A program made the translations under genes and the position numbers. This document shows, one piece after another, positions 14,547 through 29,215 of a stretch of 64,000 nt of DNA. Below the pieces are notes generated by a model. It was not told the DNA's origin. It made no database searches and saw only the letters and a list, made by a program, of their open reading frames with translations. The stretch's first letter is position 1. Every line of letters starts with the position of its first letter. This DNA comes from Vicugna vicugna (Eukaryota): NCBI GenBank assembly GCA_013265495.1, contig MU058337.1:4272880-4336879 (forward strand). The letters are read 5' to 3'.

Positions 14547-16342
14547 TTACACAAACTAGTGAAGGACTCGAAGACAGAAAAGACATTACTTGAAACACAT
14601 GGACATTGCTTGGGGGAGGGTATGAAATGCTATTGACAGATTAAAAAAAATTAATGGATTTCAGTTTTACCCTTTAGATTGAAATTCCGATAAACTGAAC
14701 AGCAAACTAAATAACTGAAATATGTCCTTGCTTACCAGAACCTTCAAATAACACACGTGCTTGTCTAAAAAATTTAATTACCATATAAAACCTAATATCT
14801 AGTGTATGCAGCAATGGTCTCAACTTCTCTGATTGTGTATGTCTGTCATTAGAAATTTCTAAGTGAGCATGCCAATTATAAGCATATTTGTTTATAAACT
14901 ATGTACATATACTAATGTACTAATATGTCTTTATAAACGATGCACAAAAAGTAGGACTTTTAAATTAGATTAAAATATAGACAGTCTAGTATGTTCTTTC
15001 CATCCCACAGTGGTCATCTTTGCTTGTCTGCCATAAAACGGACATCCCAGTTTGAAGGCCACTTGAGGTATACGGATCAATATAAACTCCAAACAAGTTC
15101 CAAAAATGGAAACTTTCCCCCACTAAAACACACTTCCATCTTTTCTACAAAAGTCATGCAAACCAGAGGAACAGCTTTCACAAGCCAAGCGACAAGAACA
15201 TCCCCAGAGAGAGGCTGCAGTACCACGGCATCCCCTTATAATCACTTCTCCTTGTGTATTTCCATGGCTGGATGTATTAGTTTTACCATTTAGACTGAAA
15301 TAAATTATGAAATAATTTCAAAAATATTACCCTAAGAAACAAGTTTTTACCAGTACTCAGTCCTCAAAGCCATTAACTGAGGTTTCATTAACTTGCATCT
15401 CCGGGAAGAAACTAAATTATTCATGAACAAATCGCCCATTAAAACTGGAAATCCTAAAAATGGTTGAAGTAGATGAAAGCTTACAGGTTATGGTTTTTCT
15501 GATTGACTTTCTGGCCACTGAAATAGCTGAAGACCAAGAACAGCAGGTCAATGGCTGTAGCAGAGCCAAGGAGACGGGACCCCATCCCCACGCCCACCCT
15601 GCAGACACACGCAATTTGTGAGTTTCATGGAGACAGCAGCATTTCTGTCTTCGGCTCTTTCCTCAAGGCTTCACCTGGGCCTTCCCCACAGATTTTTACC
15701 TCCTAGCATACCGCCAGAGCATACCCGCACACAATGCAGTCTTTTCTCCTAAAATCTTTATTTCATAATGGTAAACAGTCTTTCTGCTGTGTTGGATTGA
15801 GATCCCCTGACCAATTCAAAACTGACACCCAAGGAGGGCAGCTCTAAGTGAAGCATTGTAAGAACTAAAATTCAGAAGATAGTCAATATTTCATTTCCAT
15901 AATTGAACTTGATGGCAGATATGTTCCAGGATAGTAGGCAAATGCAAACAGACAGATTTAGACTCATAAATTCAACAAATACTAAAGATGTTTATACACA
16001 TAACTGGTTTAGGAGGAAGTCTTGAAATCTTTTTAGACTTGTGAAAATACTAAACAAAAAGCCCAAATAAATAAAATGTTTAATGAACTTCTACTGTAAT
16101 CTTTTAATGGAAATTAAGTGTTTCACACTTTTCCTCCTTTCTTAAGTCAACTATTATATAATATAGGACAGCTGATACTTCTTTACTGTGATTATGAACA
16201 GTACTCACTTCCATGTCCTCGAGTATATTCGGGGGCAAATGAGACAGGTGTGAAAGTTTGCTCTCATTAATATTCATGTCATTTTGTCAAATGTATAAAT
16301 ACTCTTTGACCAAGGGCATGAGGTGGTTTTGCTCTTTTAAAA

Positions 16343-16434
16343 TTTTTTTTTTTAATGGAGGTACTGGGGATTGAACCCAGGACCTTGTGCATACGAAGCA
16401 TGCGCTCTACCACTGAGCTATACCCTCATCACCC
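16343..16434 (-). mobile_element. tRNA-Ala-derived SINE (short form)
   Basis: Reverse complement of the same tRNA-like body, with poly-T on the left and an imperfect TSD gaggtg(g/c)tttt. Confidence 0.88.
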
Positions 16435-16529
16435 GAGGTGCTTTTCCTTCTATGGAGTAATGATCAAGCTACTCAGAAACGTTTTCCTTCTTACTTCAAG
16501 GTTCATAACAACATTCGGATGGATTTAGA

Positions 16530-16735
16530 TTAGGAATCAGTAAACTTTTTCTTAAAGGGCCAGTTAGTACATGTTCAAGGTTGTGGGTCACGGGCCATAT
16601 GCTTACTACTCAACTCAGCAACCACAGCGTGAAAGCAGCCGTAGGCAATGTGTAAGCAAAGGCGTACGTCTGAGTGCCGATAAAACTTTACTTACAAAAT
16701 GGGGCTGCCAGCTTACCAGCTGTTATTTGCCAAGT
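16530..16735. mobile_element. MER58-like hAT DNA transposon
   Basis: AAACTTTTTCTTAAAGGGCCAG...AAAGCAGCCGTAG...ATAAAACTTTACTTACAAAA. Confidence 0.7.
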
Positions 16736-17021
16736 ACTAATTTAAATCAGTAATTTTCAAACTTATCTGGACATGGAACCCTTTCTGCAAGGGAAGTTTA
16801 CACGGCCAGTCAGTCCATAAAAAGGATCAAAGCAGAGTCACTGTGGCCAAAAAGGGGATAGGGAGTCGAGGTGTCCGCCCCCTCCTGAGCAAACCCCTAG
16901 GCACTGCCACAGAATTCCACTCAACTGAGCACAGTTTGAAAAATCACCGAATCCCCCATCAGTGGAAGACTAAGCTCTTGATAATGACATTGGACAGCAC
17001 CTCTTCAGAAAGGCTACAGGA

Positions 17022-17192
17022 GTAGTTCTCAAATTTGAGCACAAAGGGCTTGTTAAATAGCAGATTGCTAGAACCTACATCCTCAGTGACTGGCCCAGCA
17101 GGTCTCAGGTGGGGCCCAAGAATTTGCATGTCTAACAAGCTACCAGGTGATGCTGTTACTCATCTAGGGGCCATACTTTGAAAGCCACTGGT
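17022..17192. mobile_element. MER5A-like hAT DNA transposon
   Basis: GTAGTTCTCAAA...GGTGGGGCCCAAGAATTTGCATGTCTAACAAG...ACTTTGAAAGCCACTG. Confidence 0.75.
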
Positions 17193-18540
17193 CTAAGGTT
17201 AAGAGGACATTTTCATCGAACTCAATTCAGAAAGCAATTTATGAGCACCTGCTAACTCTAGCAGGAACTGCAGGGAAGCAAAGACAGGAAATGCATGGTG
17301 CATCAAGCTGCCCTCGTGGGGAAGATAAAACAAGTACCTCCAATACAGGTGGAGTAAGACAGTGTCACAAAAAGGGATGGAATTCCACAGAGAGAGAGTA
17401 CATAGGTTCGAGGAATCAAGGAGCGGGTGGCATCAGAGACAGAACTTAATAAACTGGCAGGATTTCAACAATCTGGACAGAGGAAAGAGCGTAAGGAGAA
17501 AACAGACTCACTGGAGGAGAGGGATACACTCAAGGAACAGCACACAGTCCCGTTTAGAATACAGGGTACCATGGTTAGTGTGGAAAGGCCTACCGGAGGG
17601 CACCCCCCGAATTTCAGGATAAGGTCAGAAAAAGATCACCCTCTGAAACAAAAGACAGTAAATACAGTATTTAATACATTAAAAGAGTCATCCAAGAAAG
17701 GGATTCTATTTAGGAGAAGGCATATCAATGTGTTACAGATGGAACTAAATTAGAACGATGTTCCATCTAGACCAGAGTAGATCTAAAAATCTGAAACGTA
17801 AGTGACAAAGCAACCATTACCAAATGCAGAGCCACGACCTGTATGGTGTAGAGAAAGCAGAACAAAACTACTGGGATTAGCTGGCCTGGCTGTACCGTGA
17901 AGAGCAACACATGTCCTCAGCGGCCAACGAGAGAATTCTGGTGCCTTTGATATTGTATTTCTCACTCTAAGTTAATATATCAACACTCTGATATTCTTTG
18001 AGCTAGTTTAGTATGAGTTTAAGCTTGTTAAGTCTGATCACCTACAGAAGAACTATAGAGAACTCAAGAACTTATCATAATGTATTTTTATACCTTCAAA
18101 GACAAGAACCAGAGTCTGCAATCCCACAACATAATCATCCTGCCGGGCTCTTACTCCCCTGACATCTTTTAAATACAGCTGATACATGGAGGGCAGCAGT
18201 GAAGGCCCACTCTGTACTGGCTTGGAACGATGCTAAGGAGTTTATGCTTTAAGCAAGCACTAGAGAGCTCCCAAAGTCAAAAGGGGTATATTAGCACCAC
18301 ATGCCAAAAAGATTTTTCTGGCCTTGTGCCTAATATGACTTGGAGAAAACCAGAGGATGAGGAAAACAGGATATTAACACATAGTCCACCCAAGACTCAC
18401 TAAGACACTGGAGTTAGCTGGTAGCAATGGCTCCGGGGGAGGACATACACGAGGTATGCCAGGACAGGGCAGTGGAAACTATTCTCTGTTGAGCAAATAG
18501 AAGTTACAAAACCAACTAGAAGAATACAAATTAAATACAT

Positions 18541-18680
18541 GGGGGAGGGTCTAGCTCAGTGGTAGAGAGCATGCTTAGCATGCAGGAGGTCCTGGGTTCA
18601 ATCCCCAGTACTTCCCCTAAAAATAAATAAATAAACAAACAAACGAACAAACCTAATTACCCCCCCCAATTTTTTTCAAA
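18541..18680 (+). mobile_element. tRNA-Ala-derived SINE
   Basis: GGGGGAGGGTCTAGCTCAGTGGTAGAG...GGTTCAATCCCCAGTAC, tail and CCTAATTACCCCC module. TSD AAATACAT. Confidence 0.9.
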
Positions 18681-18722
18681 TGAAATACATTTCAAGCTAG
18701 CTATTAAAAACAAATGAATCTA

Positions 18723-18900
18723 ACAAGATTAAACTGTGTAGTACAGGGAAATAAATACAAGGTCTTATGGTAGCTCACAGAGAAAAATATGTCTCAATGA
18801 ATATATATATATGTTCACGTATGACTGAAAAATTGTGCTCTACACTGGAATTTGATACAACATTGTAAAATGATTATAAATCAGTACAAAATTTAAAAAA
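18723..18900 (+). mobile_element. L1 3' end fragment (same subfamily as the copy at 11028)
   Basis: Shares GACTGAAAAATTGTGCT...CAACATTGTAAAATGATTATAAATCA with 11390-11450. TSD AAATGAATCTA. Confidence 0.88.
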
Positions 18901-20463
18901 AAATGAATCTAGACATCCCTGGCACAAATGTTGGCAGCTTGACTAAGGGCTCAGACATTGATTGATGTCTAAGGGAACCAACAGTTTGAAGTTACCTGAA
19001 TAATACAATAGAAAGTGAGTAATGAAAAGTGAATCAACAGTTTGAAGCGAATGTAGACAACTTCTGGCACAAACTTTTACTATGAAGCTCTAAAAAAGTT
19101 ACTTCGACTCATATTAATAGTCAAATCAGCTCATTTTACCAAAATCCCTGAATTTCATTTTGATTTCATGAGTGGGCTCAGTTTGCATTCACTGAAGTCC
19201 CACTAGAAATAAGTCCACCAGCACCAGGGAATTATGAAATCAAAGAAGTCTAATTCCCCAGGAAAGTATAAAGTTTTGTGGAAAACAAGCCCAAAAGCCC
19301 ATAGAAATAATCTAAACCAAAAAAAGAGACAAAGTATTTTTTAAATGCACAGCAACAACTGGCAATGGTTCTCACTACTGAATATCCCAGATACATGAGA
19401 AAAGTCCATCTCTGCAACCATTTCTTCCACAATGAGAGGGAACAGAAAAGACTTCTGTTTGACCTATGTACCACTCCTCCCTCTGAATACAGTCAGAAGT
19501 CCCAGGGTCACATGTGCAAGGTCAGGGGACATCACACAGAATCAAAACACTACTGAGGGCAGTCCCTATCGGTCAAGGAGCTGGGCAGACACATTAAAAA
19601 GATGCAACATAATATCAGGCTGCACAGGCCAAATGCCAAACCACAGATGCAAACAATCAGTACTACAAGAATTAAGAGGAATCCGAGCATCAGAGATAAG
19701 GCAGGGCCCAAGAGGGAGCACTGACTACTGAAGAGGAAGATAAGAATATTCCAAGAGGGAGGCAGATCAATCATCCTTCAGGAAATACACAGACAAAGAG
19801 ACAGTGAGGAGTCACATATTGTAACAGGGAAAATGAAAACAGGAATAAAACTGGGGAAATACAGTATTAAAATTTATTTGAAGAAATTACAGCAACCATT
19901 CCTCTCCTCCTCCCTAAAAAGAAAGGGGGAAGAGGCAGGGAATAGGTTGTTTATCCTATTCCTCAAATGAAAAAGACTGATGTATGTTGGAAAGTACAGC
20001 CTTCCTTAGTTTTTAATTGCCTGATCAATTATTGAGAAAGGTGTGTTGACAGCCTCACTGGAAAGAAGAAAAACAATTACTGACACACCATTTAAAGCTG
20101 CCCTTTCCACAGAGACAGGCCCCCTGCAAGCGCACAGAATTCAGTCAGTAAGAATAAAGCTAACACTTACGGAGTCCTTCCTCTGTGTCAAGCAAGGAGC
20201 TAAGTGTAGTACAAGTATGTCTCCTTTTATCTTCACAGTGACCCTATGGGGTGGGTAAAAATACGGAGAAAGGTCTATGCTAGACTTAGTAAGCGAGTGT
20301 CTAAGTGCCTTGTTCAAGGTCACAAAACCAGTATGTGCGAAACCAACATGTGAACTCCAAGCTTGCCTGACTCATCACCAACTTGATACACATGATAAAG
20401 GGCAACAGAAACACACCCACTCTATGCACAGTCTTTGCTCTTAGTAAACCGTATACCCGCTAC

Positions 20464-20900
20464 TGACAAAGACTCTCTGCTTGACCAAACCTCAACTGGG
20501 CATCTCTGAGTCCCTTCCCAACTAGCCTTCCATCTTGGACTTCTTGCTGAGTCCAGTTTTAGCAAGAATCCTGCTGAAGACAGTTTAGAGAGAATCCCCT
20601 ACCCCTGATATCTGATTAAGGTCCTCGTCCTTCACCCTCGATGTCTAAGCCCTTGGCCTGCCTGTTACAAGAATCCTGTGCAAACACTTTAGCAAGAACC
20701 CCCTTACCCTTGATGTCTCCTATTAATAATTTTCCATCCACTGAACCCCTCACTCTGCTAGTTGGCTATAAATTCCCAACCATCTTTGTTGTATTTGGGT
20801 TGAGCCTGATCTCCCCCTCATATCCAGTACCCCATTACAACAGTCTTGAATAAAGTCTTCCTTACCTTTTAACAAGTGTCAGAATAAAATTTTCTTTAAC
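20464..20900 (+). mobile_element. Solo LTR (ERV1-like), related to the 45090 copy
   Basis: Starts TGACAAAGACTCTCTGCTTGACCAAA; internal AGCAAGAATCC repeats, CTATAAATTCCC TATA box, AATAAA near the end. Confidence 0.75.
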
Positions 20901-21488
20901 TGTATTATAGATTTCTGACTGTAATGTCAAAAGATTATTGTGAAATTTTAAAAGTGGAAATTGCCAAATAATGCAAATTATTTAACCAGCATGTAACCAA
21001 AACAATCCTTAGGATCAACTCCATTACTCTTTGTTATAACCAAGACGAATCTACAATAGAACTTTGTCTCTTTCACAGTCCATTGTCCTATTGTTATACG
21101 TTATTTTCCAGGTCCAACGTCCAGTATTCTAAAATCCCTGCATTCCCTTTCGGGAAGAACTGCAAATTCCATGCTGCTTCTTGGAAGAGTTTTAGTAGCA
21201 GGCAAGTTCATACACGCAGGTGAACACACCCACACGCACACAGCTCCCGAGACCCAAACAATACAATGTGTTAAGGCAGTGTTTATGACATGCCTTGAAG
21301 GTTTAAAAGTTCTACATGCAAAGATGAGAAGAGCTAAAAATACTTAACAGTATATGGAAAAGTACCTTACATACTACTATTATTTATTATGATTTCCCCT
21401 TAGACAAAGAGTGATAGACTGTGTTCAGGGTTTACATCAGGTCCTATGAATCAAAACCAGTCTTTGAGATGGATCTTAAGGCGTGTAC

Positions 21489-21508
21489 GTGTGTGTGTGT
21501 GTGTGTGT
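21489..21508. repeat. (GT)10 microsatellite
   Basis: Read directly from the sequence. Confidence 0.95.
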
Positions 21509-21523
21509 AAATCTATCTGTTTA

Positions 21524-21646
<123 letters not shown>

Positions 21647-21841
21647 TCACAGCAACAGTTCCCTAACAAAGAAGGCACTATTTCAATTCCAGAAAAATTC
21701 AGGCAGAGCCCACGTCTGGCATATCTACCAGCGCTTGGGTCCAAACAGCTGGACACGCGGTTTCCTATCAATGCACATCTACTGCATTATTCTTTTGCAG
21801 AACTAGAAATAAGGTATGGCTTCTAAGTGAGGGCTTTGTAC

Positions 21842-21946
21842 CTCATCAGTGTTGTATTTCCGGTGAAAGGGCCGAACCTAATATCTTCAAATGGGGGTTG
21901 AAAGCCCAAAATATGCAAAGCTTCCTCTTGGGTGACAGCTGGAAGA
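21842..21946 (-). CDS. BIVM: BIVM coding exon 4
   Basis: cag|T CTT CCA ... ATG AG|gtacaa; [34 protein letters not shown]; 105 nt. Confidence 0.95.
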
Positions 21947-22238
21947 CTGCAAAAGAAACACTGTCTTTCATTCACAATTCCAGTCACATGCAGATATGAC
22001 CCGTCTCCCTGCTACTATGGCTGTTTGACCTGCAAACAATTTTAGTCATATTTTTAATTTTTATTTTATCAGAAAGAATGTATGCATATATTTTAGTTAA
22101 AAGGCTATAACAAAACACAGCAGTTTTTTTTCCCCCCAGTTAATGAAAAATCTCTTATTCTTTAAAATCTTCCATTATAGAAAAAGCAACACCAAATAAA
22201 CTTTGGAGTTTAGGGATTCCAATCAATGAACATACTTA

Positions 22239-22385
<147 letters not shown>

Positions 22386-22724
22386 CTATAGAAATAAAGC
22401 ACTCATGGTAACTGAGAGGGTTAACATAATGAAAACTTTGATCATGTAAATCAAATTCATTTAAAGTATTTCTATTAGTAGTATACTTACTACATTACAT
22501 TCTATTAGTGTATTTAGTACATTTAAAGTATATTTATTAAACACATGATAAATGTCTAACAGCAATAATCATGCATTTTAAAAAAGATGATTAAGTATGA
22601 CTAACTACAAGTTAAAGTAGATGTTACCTAAACCAATGGAAAAAAATTAAAGACAGACAAATCTAGATACCAACAACTAAAATTGCAAGGTAAGTGTCTA
22701 GATGAGCTACGTATATGATTATCT

Positions 22725-23290
22725 GCAACTTCAGTTGTAGGAGTTCTTTATATATTCTGCATAATGAGCCTTTATCTGATGTATGATCTGCAAATGTTTT
22801 CCCCCACTTCATAGGCTGCCTTTTCACTTTGTTGATTGTTTTCTCTAATGCACCAAGTGTTTGAGTTTGACATGGCCCCCTTTGTCTATGTTTGCTTTTG
22901 TTACCTGTGCTTTTGGTGTCATACTCTAGAAATCACTGCAAAATCCAATGCCATGAAGCTTTTCCCCTATGTGTTCTTCTAGGAGTTTTAAAGTTTTAGG
23001 TCTTACATATATGTCTTTAATCTTTTTTGAGTCAACTTTTGTGTATGATGTGAAGTTAGGGTCCAACTTCATTCTTTTGCATGAGAATATCCACTTTTCC
23101 CAGCACCATTTTCTGAAGACTGTCTTTTTCCCCATCCTGTGGTGTTGGCACACTTGCAGGAGATGATTTGCCTGTTTACGTGATTTTTTATTTCTGAGTT
23201 CTGTTCTGTTCCATTGGTCTACATGTCTGTCTTTATGCCAGTACCACACTGTCTTGGTTACTGTAGCTTTGTAATATGTTTTGAAACCAG
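22725..23290 (-). mobile_element. L1 ORF2 fragment
   Basis: Translates FKTYYKATVTKTVWYWHKDRHVDQWNR...KWCWEKWIFSCKRMKLDP, the C-terminal region of L1 ORF2. Confidence 0.9.
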
Positions 23291-24495
23291 GACGTGTGTG
23301 GCCTGTGTTTCCCCTTTTGCAGTCACCACCTTCCCTGCAATTCACTGCCAACCTACTGGATACGTTGCTAGCATCCATTCAAAGACCCTTAGACCCTTAT
23401 CCTCTCAGATTTCCTCTCTTAAGACCCCAGTCCTCAGAGAAGCCTTCTGGTGACCACTGCCTCTCCTGATGTTGGTTATTCATTCACACCTCCACTCATG
23501 CTGGGTGTCAATTTATCTGACAAATTTCCTGAGATATTTTACATTCTCCCCTCTTCTCAACAAAGACGGTGTTTTGTTTATCTCTGTATTCTCAGCCCAC
23601 AGCAGAGGGTCCACTATTTATTAAATAAGTGAAAACATCTAATATTTCTAAAACCTCACACAAAAGAACTTGTAAAACCTCAAACCATAGATTAGTAATA
23701 CTTAAAAACTATCATGAATTAAATTTTTTTTCTTTAGAAAAGGAACTATATCTTAAGGTAACCAAAAAGTCCCAGTTGGTAAGTGAAAGATCTTCTTAAA
23801 AGAATGCCAGTTCATCAAGGCAGAAGAAAGGATGGGATTCCAAACTATCACCATTTTATAACAGGATTCAGGCTGGGGTCATCAGTGAGTTTGGCTTAAA
23901 CCACAGGTGAAAGACTGATGCAGACTTGGACGTTAGCCTGATGCCACTGTCACCCCATTGATTACTTGATGATTGCCAAGGAAAAACACAACTTGACAAT
24001 GTTGGCTAAAGCTGTCACCACCCTAATCCAGTAATCACTCTTGAGATCTCTAAGATCAGGCGACCAGACACAATATAGCTTCTGATGAGATGCAGTATGA
24101 AGGACATGGGGCCACCTAGGCAGTATTCTTGCCGAAACCGCTCACCCAGAATCTAACCAAGCTTCTAACTTTCAGTTTATATGTACTGAGGTTATACGAA
24201 TAAAGCAAACAACTAGCAGAAAAAAAACCAGACCAATCAGGGGACAGTCGAGTGGAGACGGTTCCAGTTTAAAAGAGATGTTGGGGCCACAGAAAACAAA
24301 CACAGTACATGGTTCATCGTGAGTCCCACTTTGCACAACCAAGTGTGAAGACATTCCAAAAAACTCTGGCAAATCTTAATTTAGCCTGGAAATCAGATAC
24401 TCAAGAAATGTTGTTAACTTCACTAGGTATGACAGTGGTATTGTGGTTAAGCAAAAAAAATAAATAAAAATCAAAAGTCGATTTTTAGAGATTAC

Positions 24496-24622
24496 CATCG
24501 CCTGAGGTCTAATACTTTCCGCTGCTTAATATCCTCAAGAGGAGAATACTGAGGCCATTCCCTTTGATGTCTTCCTTTCTTATCTGAAGTTTTTTTCTTA
24601 GAAGTTTGTTTCTTTACATTCC
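24496..24622 (-). CDS. BIVM: BIVM coding exon 2
   Basis: tag|GG AAT GTA ... CGA TG|gtaat; [42 protein letters not shown] (basic segment); 127 nt. Confidence 0.95.
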
Positions 24623-25324
24623 CTAAAACACAAGAGTATAAAATGAAGTAAGATGAAGTAAGCTTCCAAGGCAATACATCTAAGTAGGCAACAAAATTTA
24701 AAAGTAACTGCCACTCGGTCTAAAAGTGATATTTGCAAACATACTAAAGAAACACATGTATCTGCAAGAATACCCTCCCCTGCCTTAAAGAGAGAGAGAA
24801 TAAAAGCAAATTTAAACAACCATGAATGCCCTCTCCAATCCGACTCTTGTATTCCAATTCCTGAACTAGTCACTTAGCTGGTAAAAGAATCAGTCACAAA
24901 ACGTTTAGCCACCTCTAGAAAATCGAATTACCAACAGTAAAATATTTAACCAGACCACTTTCCAGAAAATGAATCCTTTCTATAAAACAATAAAACCACA
25001 TTAATGAAACCCTGTTGAGAAAGTAAAAGCAGTAGATCCAATAATCCGATCACATGATGTTTAAAAATATCTCCAGGCCGACAGAGACTGCAAAGTGGAT
25101 TAAGAAGGATGCACACAAGTACATTATTAAAATGCAACTTTAAAAAAAAAATGCAACTTTAGCACCAGGAGCCAGAATGGAAAACAAAGTCTCCATTCAG
25201 TGTGAGTATGAACCTATGTACGTATGTCTACATACATGTGTGTACACACACACATTCTCCAAAAGACACATAAGACAATTAACAGTGGTTACCTCTTAGG
25301 GGACAGGAAATTGAGAACCAGAAA

Positions 25325-26620
25325 AAACAGAGACAAAAGTGAAAACACTAGTCAGAAGAAAGCTGGAGTAGCTATACCAACTGGTAACTAGTATCAAACA
25401 AAGTAGCTTTCAGAAAAGAAATATTGCCAGGAATAATGAGGGATGCTCCATAATGATAAAAAGGTTAATTCATCAAGAAGAAATAAAAAGCATAAATGTA
25501 TACACACCTAACAACAAGGCTTCAAATTACATGAAACAAAAAGCAACACAATGAGATTTGTAGATAGTAATTAATGTATATAAAATAGATAAACAACAAG
25601 TTCATACTGTGTAGCACAGGGTACTATATTCAATATCTTGTGGTAACCTATGGTGAAAAAAAATACGAAAACAAATCTATGTATGTTCATGTATGATGGA
25701 AGCATTGTGCTGTACACCAGAAATTGACACAACATTGTAAACTGACTATACTTCAATAAAAATATATTGAAAAGACAAAAAAAAATCAACACAATTAAAT
25801 GGAGAAAAGACAAGTCCATAATCATAGTTGGAGACTTTCAGCACCTTATTTTCAGCAGTTGATGGAACAAGACAAAAATTAGGTAGCGACACAGAAGATG
25901 TGAGCAACATTTTCATATGCTTTGACCCCGTAAATAACTATAAAACAGTACACCCCACAATTCCAGAATGCGCCTTCTTTTCAAGTGCATGTGGAACATT
26001 CAGCAATGGAGACCATGTGCTGGCTCATGAAACAAGTCTCAGGACATATAAAAAGACTGAGGTCATAGGTCCTCTGTCCACAGTGGAATTAAATTAGAAA
26101 TCAATACTTAGAAAAACCCTAAATACCTGGAAATTACATAGCATACTTCTAAATAATGCATGTCTCAAAGAAGAAATCACAAGGGAATTAGAAAATACAT
26201 CAAATTAAATGATAATAAAAATAAAGTGTATTAAAATTGTGGACTGAAGTTAACACAGTACTCAGTGAGCAATTTAGAGCATTTAACACTTATAGTAAAA
26301 AAATCCTGAATCAAGAGGTTAGAAAATGAAGAACAAAGTAAACCCAAAGTAGGTAGAAGGAACAAAATGATAAAGAGCATATATCAATGAAATGGAAAAC
26401 AGACAATTGAGAAAATTAGCAAAGCTAAAAGCTGGTTGTTTGCAAAGACAAATAAAACTGATAAAACCCCAGCTAGGAAAAAAAAAAGAACATAAATCAC
26501 CAGCATCAAGTATGAAAAAGTATTTATCACTAAACACCCTCCACGCGTTAATAAAGGGAACTGTTAGAAACAACTTTCTGTCAACGCCTTGACAACGTAG
26601 ATGAAATGGACAAAGTAAAC
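25325..26620 (+). mobile_element. Old L1 (ORF2 endonuclease region) with a nested younger L1 3' end at about 25553-25785
   Basis: Decayed EN-domain motifs (AAGCTGGAGTAGCTATA; GGAGACTTTCAGCACC; FFSSACGTFSNGDHVLAH). The nested insert is flanked by the TSD CAACACAAT. Confidence 0.85.
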
Positions 26621-27596
26621 TTTGACAGAATTGATGAGAGTCAAGGCAACTCCATAATCATAGAGATTTTTAATACCCCTCTGAAAACCCCTCAGAAAAC
26701 AGAAGAGAATACTTCCCAACATGTTTTAGGAAATCTGTATAGACACTGCGAAAAAAAATTATAGACCAATCACCCATAAAAAGAGACACAAAGTGAATAA
26801 CCCCCGACACCCCAAGAATTACATATTTACATAATATTCCATGAAACAAGTCGATTTTGCACATAAGTGAGTAGACGGATGGAGGTTTTACAAAATGATC
26901 AGACAAGACTAGCAGTGAAGTGCAAACCCCACTTCTGCCTCTTACTAGCAGTGCAAATTTACCCAAGCAACTTATGCCTCAATTTCTTCAGCTATAAAGA
27001 CAATAGTACCTACCTCACAAAATCTCTGTGAGTTCAAAAGGAAGACATAGAGAGCATTAGTGCCTGTTCCAGAATCACCACATTGCAATTGTGAAGGTTG
27101 TACCCTGCACCCTCTTAAATTGCACACAACCTACTCAGCGGTACCTGGAGAACTTGCTGACTGTTTAAAATTTTTAACAACAGAGAAGCCTAAATGTTAT
27201 AGAGTCGAAAAGAAAACCAGATGTGTAACTGGGAAAAATGAATTCACATCCCTGCAAAACTATGAAATAGTAGTATGTTACTCTAGCCACCTCATTAACC
27301 ATTTCTAAGATACCGCAAACTTAACTGTAATACTTGCATTTTACAGCATTCTTAGATTTTTTTCAAAGCTCTCTAAAAGCAAGGGTTATGTTTGAAGTTT
27401 CCAGTGGCGACACATTAATGTACTAAATGTCCTATGTCCAATATTATTTTTTTTAACTACAGTAACAAACAACATGGTAGTGATGTCCCTTGCTTGGTAT
27501 TATGAAAAGAAAATACGTTGAACAGCAAGTTCTAACAAGTTACACTGCTGGTCCTCTCCTTACTTTCACACGTGAACGCCATGGCTCCTTCCTTAC

Positions 27597-28074
27597 CTGA
27601 TTTGTGTTTCAAATTCGTGGTCACCCCATCAAATTCAGATTTATCAATTTCCCACGCGAGAGGTAGTTTGCCCAGGCTGTTGGATAAGTTTTCCAAGCTA
27701 TTTTCTTCACTGTAGATGATTTCCGATGTACTGGTTGGGAGACTCGTGTATCTGGAGGAATTATTTCCCACAGATAAAGAGATACTATCAGGGAGGCAAG
27801 AAGGGCGGGTTGGATTGGGAGTTTTATAGATTGAGGTGGCCTGGTTGAGAAAGGCATAGTCTGAACAGATGGCATAGATTTTCTCCCGGGTGTGGGTCAC
27901 TGGACAGCTCCACGGATAATGACCATCTCCTCTGGGACCCAAGCGTTCTCCTGAGGCACGAGGGCAGAAGGACTGGACGCCACCTTGCAGATTCTCTTCA
28001 GGAGACCTTCTCTCAGATTTGTGCTCACCATTTCCAGAATCGTTTGCCCTTTCTGTTTCTGCAACGTTAGGCAT
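27597..28074 (-). CDS. BIVM: BIVM first coding exon (exon probably starts at the acceptor at 28197)
   Basis: ATG at 28074; [20 protein letters not shown]...NLKHKS G|gtaagg; 478 nt. Polypyrimidine acceptor cctcttttcttag ends at 28198. Confidence 0.95.
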
Positions 28075-28384
28075 TGAAGGCAACAATGGAAGTTCTGTTA
28101 TGAGGAAGAAGCTGCCACTCGTTCTATTTCTTGAAAAACAACTGTGGCAGTTGTTCACAGCGTTCTACAAAACACGTGAGAGCTGTCAAATGGGCTCCTA
28201 AGAAAAGAGGGAGGAGAAGGAAAGATCAACAACCCACCAGACGCTCCAAAAGCCCTAAAAAATATTTCCAGGGTTTCCATATATGCCTCATTCAACAAAT
28301 ATTTCATTTTACAACTTCTATACCCCTAAGTCATGATCACTGACCCCCTGCTTTATGGAAAATTATTTTAAAATGATGCTTTAG

Positions 28385-29215
28385 GATAACAAAAAAGACA
28401 AATAACTCATTTTTAAAACGGGCAAAATATTTGAGTAGCCACTTCTCCAAAGACAGCGTAGAAATGATCAATAAGCACATAAAAAAGATGTTCAGCATCA
28501 AAAGCTATCATGGAAATGAACATCAAAAACACAAAAAGATACACCTCATGTTCACCAGGACAGCTCTCATCAAAAAGACAGATAATAACAAAGATTGTAG
28601 AGGACGTGGAGAAATTGAAACCCTCATACACTGCTGGTGGAAATGCAAAATGGTTCAGTGACTCTGGAAAACAGTTCCTTAAACGTTATACATGGAGTTA
28701 CCATAGGATCCAGTAATTTCACTCCTAGGAATATACCTAAGAGAAATGAAGACATATGTCCACACAAATGTTCCTAGCAGCATTACTCATAAAAGCTAAA
28801 AAAATGGAAACAACCCAACGTCCACCAATTGATGACAGGATAAATAAAAGGTAGTATATCCATACAATGGATTATCACTGGGCAATAAAAAGAAACAAAA
28901 TACTGATGCAAGTTACAACATGGGTGAACCGTGAAAGCATTATTCTAGGCGAAGGAAGTCAGTCACAAAGGATCAGAAGGGTTGAATTCCATTTATATGA
29001 AATGTTCAGAATAAGTGAATCTGTAGTGACAAAAATGAGACCAGTGATCACCTAGGGCTGGGAGGCAGAAGCAGGCTGGCTTCTTTTTGGAGTAATGAAA
29101 ATACTCTGTAACTGACTGTGATGATAAAAGCACAACTCTGTGAATATACTAAAAGCCACTAAATTATACACTTTAAATAGGAGAATTGTATGGTGCGTGA
29201 ATTATATCTCAAGAA
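28385..29215 (+). mobile_element. Old L1M 3' region
   Basis: End of ORF2 (CACTGCTGGTGGAAATGCAAAATGG; CCACACAAATGTTC) plus a typical 3'UTR end (GTATGGTGCGTGAATTATATCTCAA). Confidence 0.85.

Noticed and set aside
28075..28158. N-terminal extension of BIVM in the ORF track
   Set aside because: It starts at GTG, in-frame stops lie just upstream in the same exon, and the ATG at 28074 gives the expected 503 aa.
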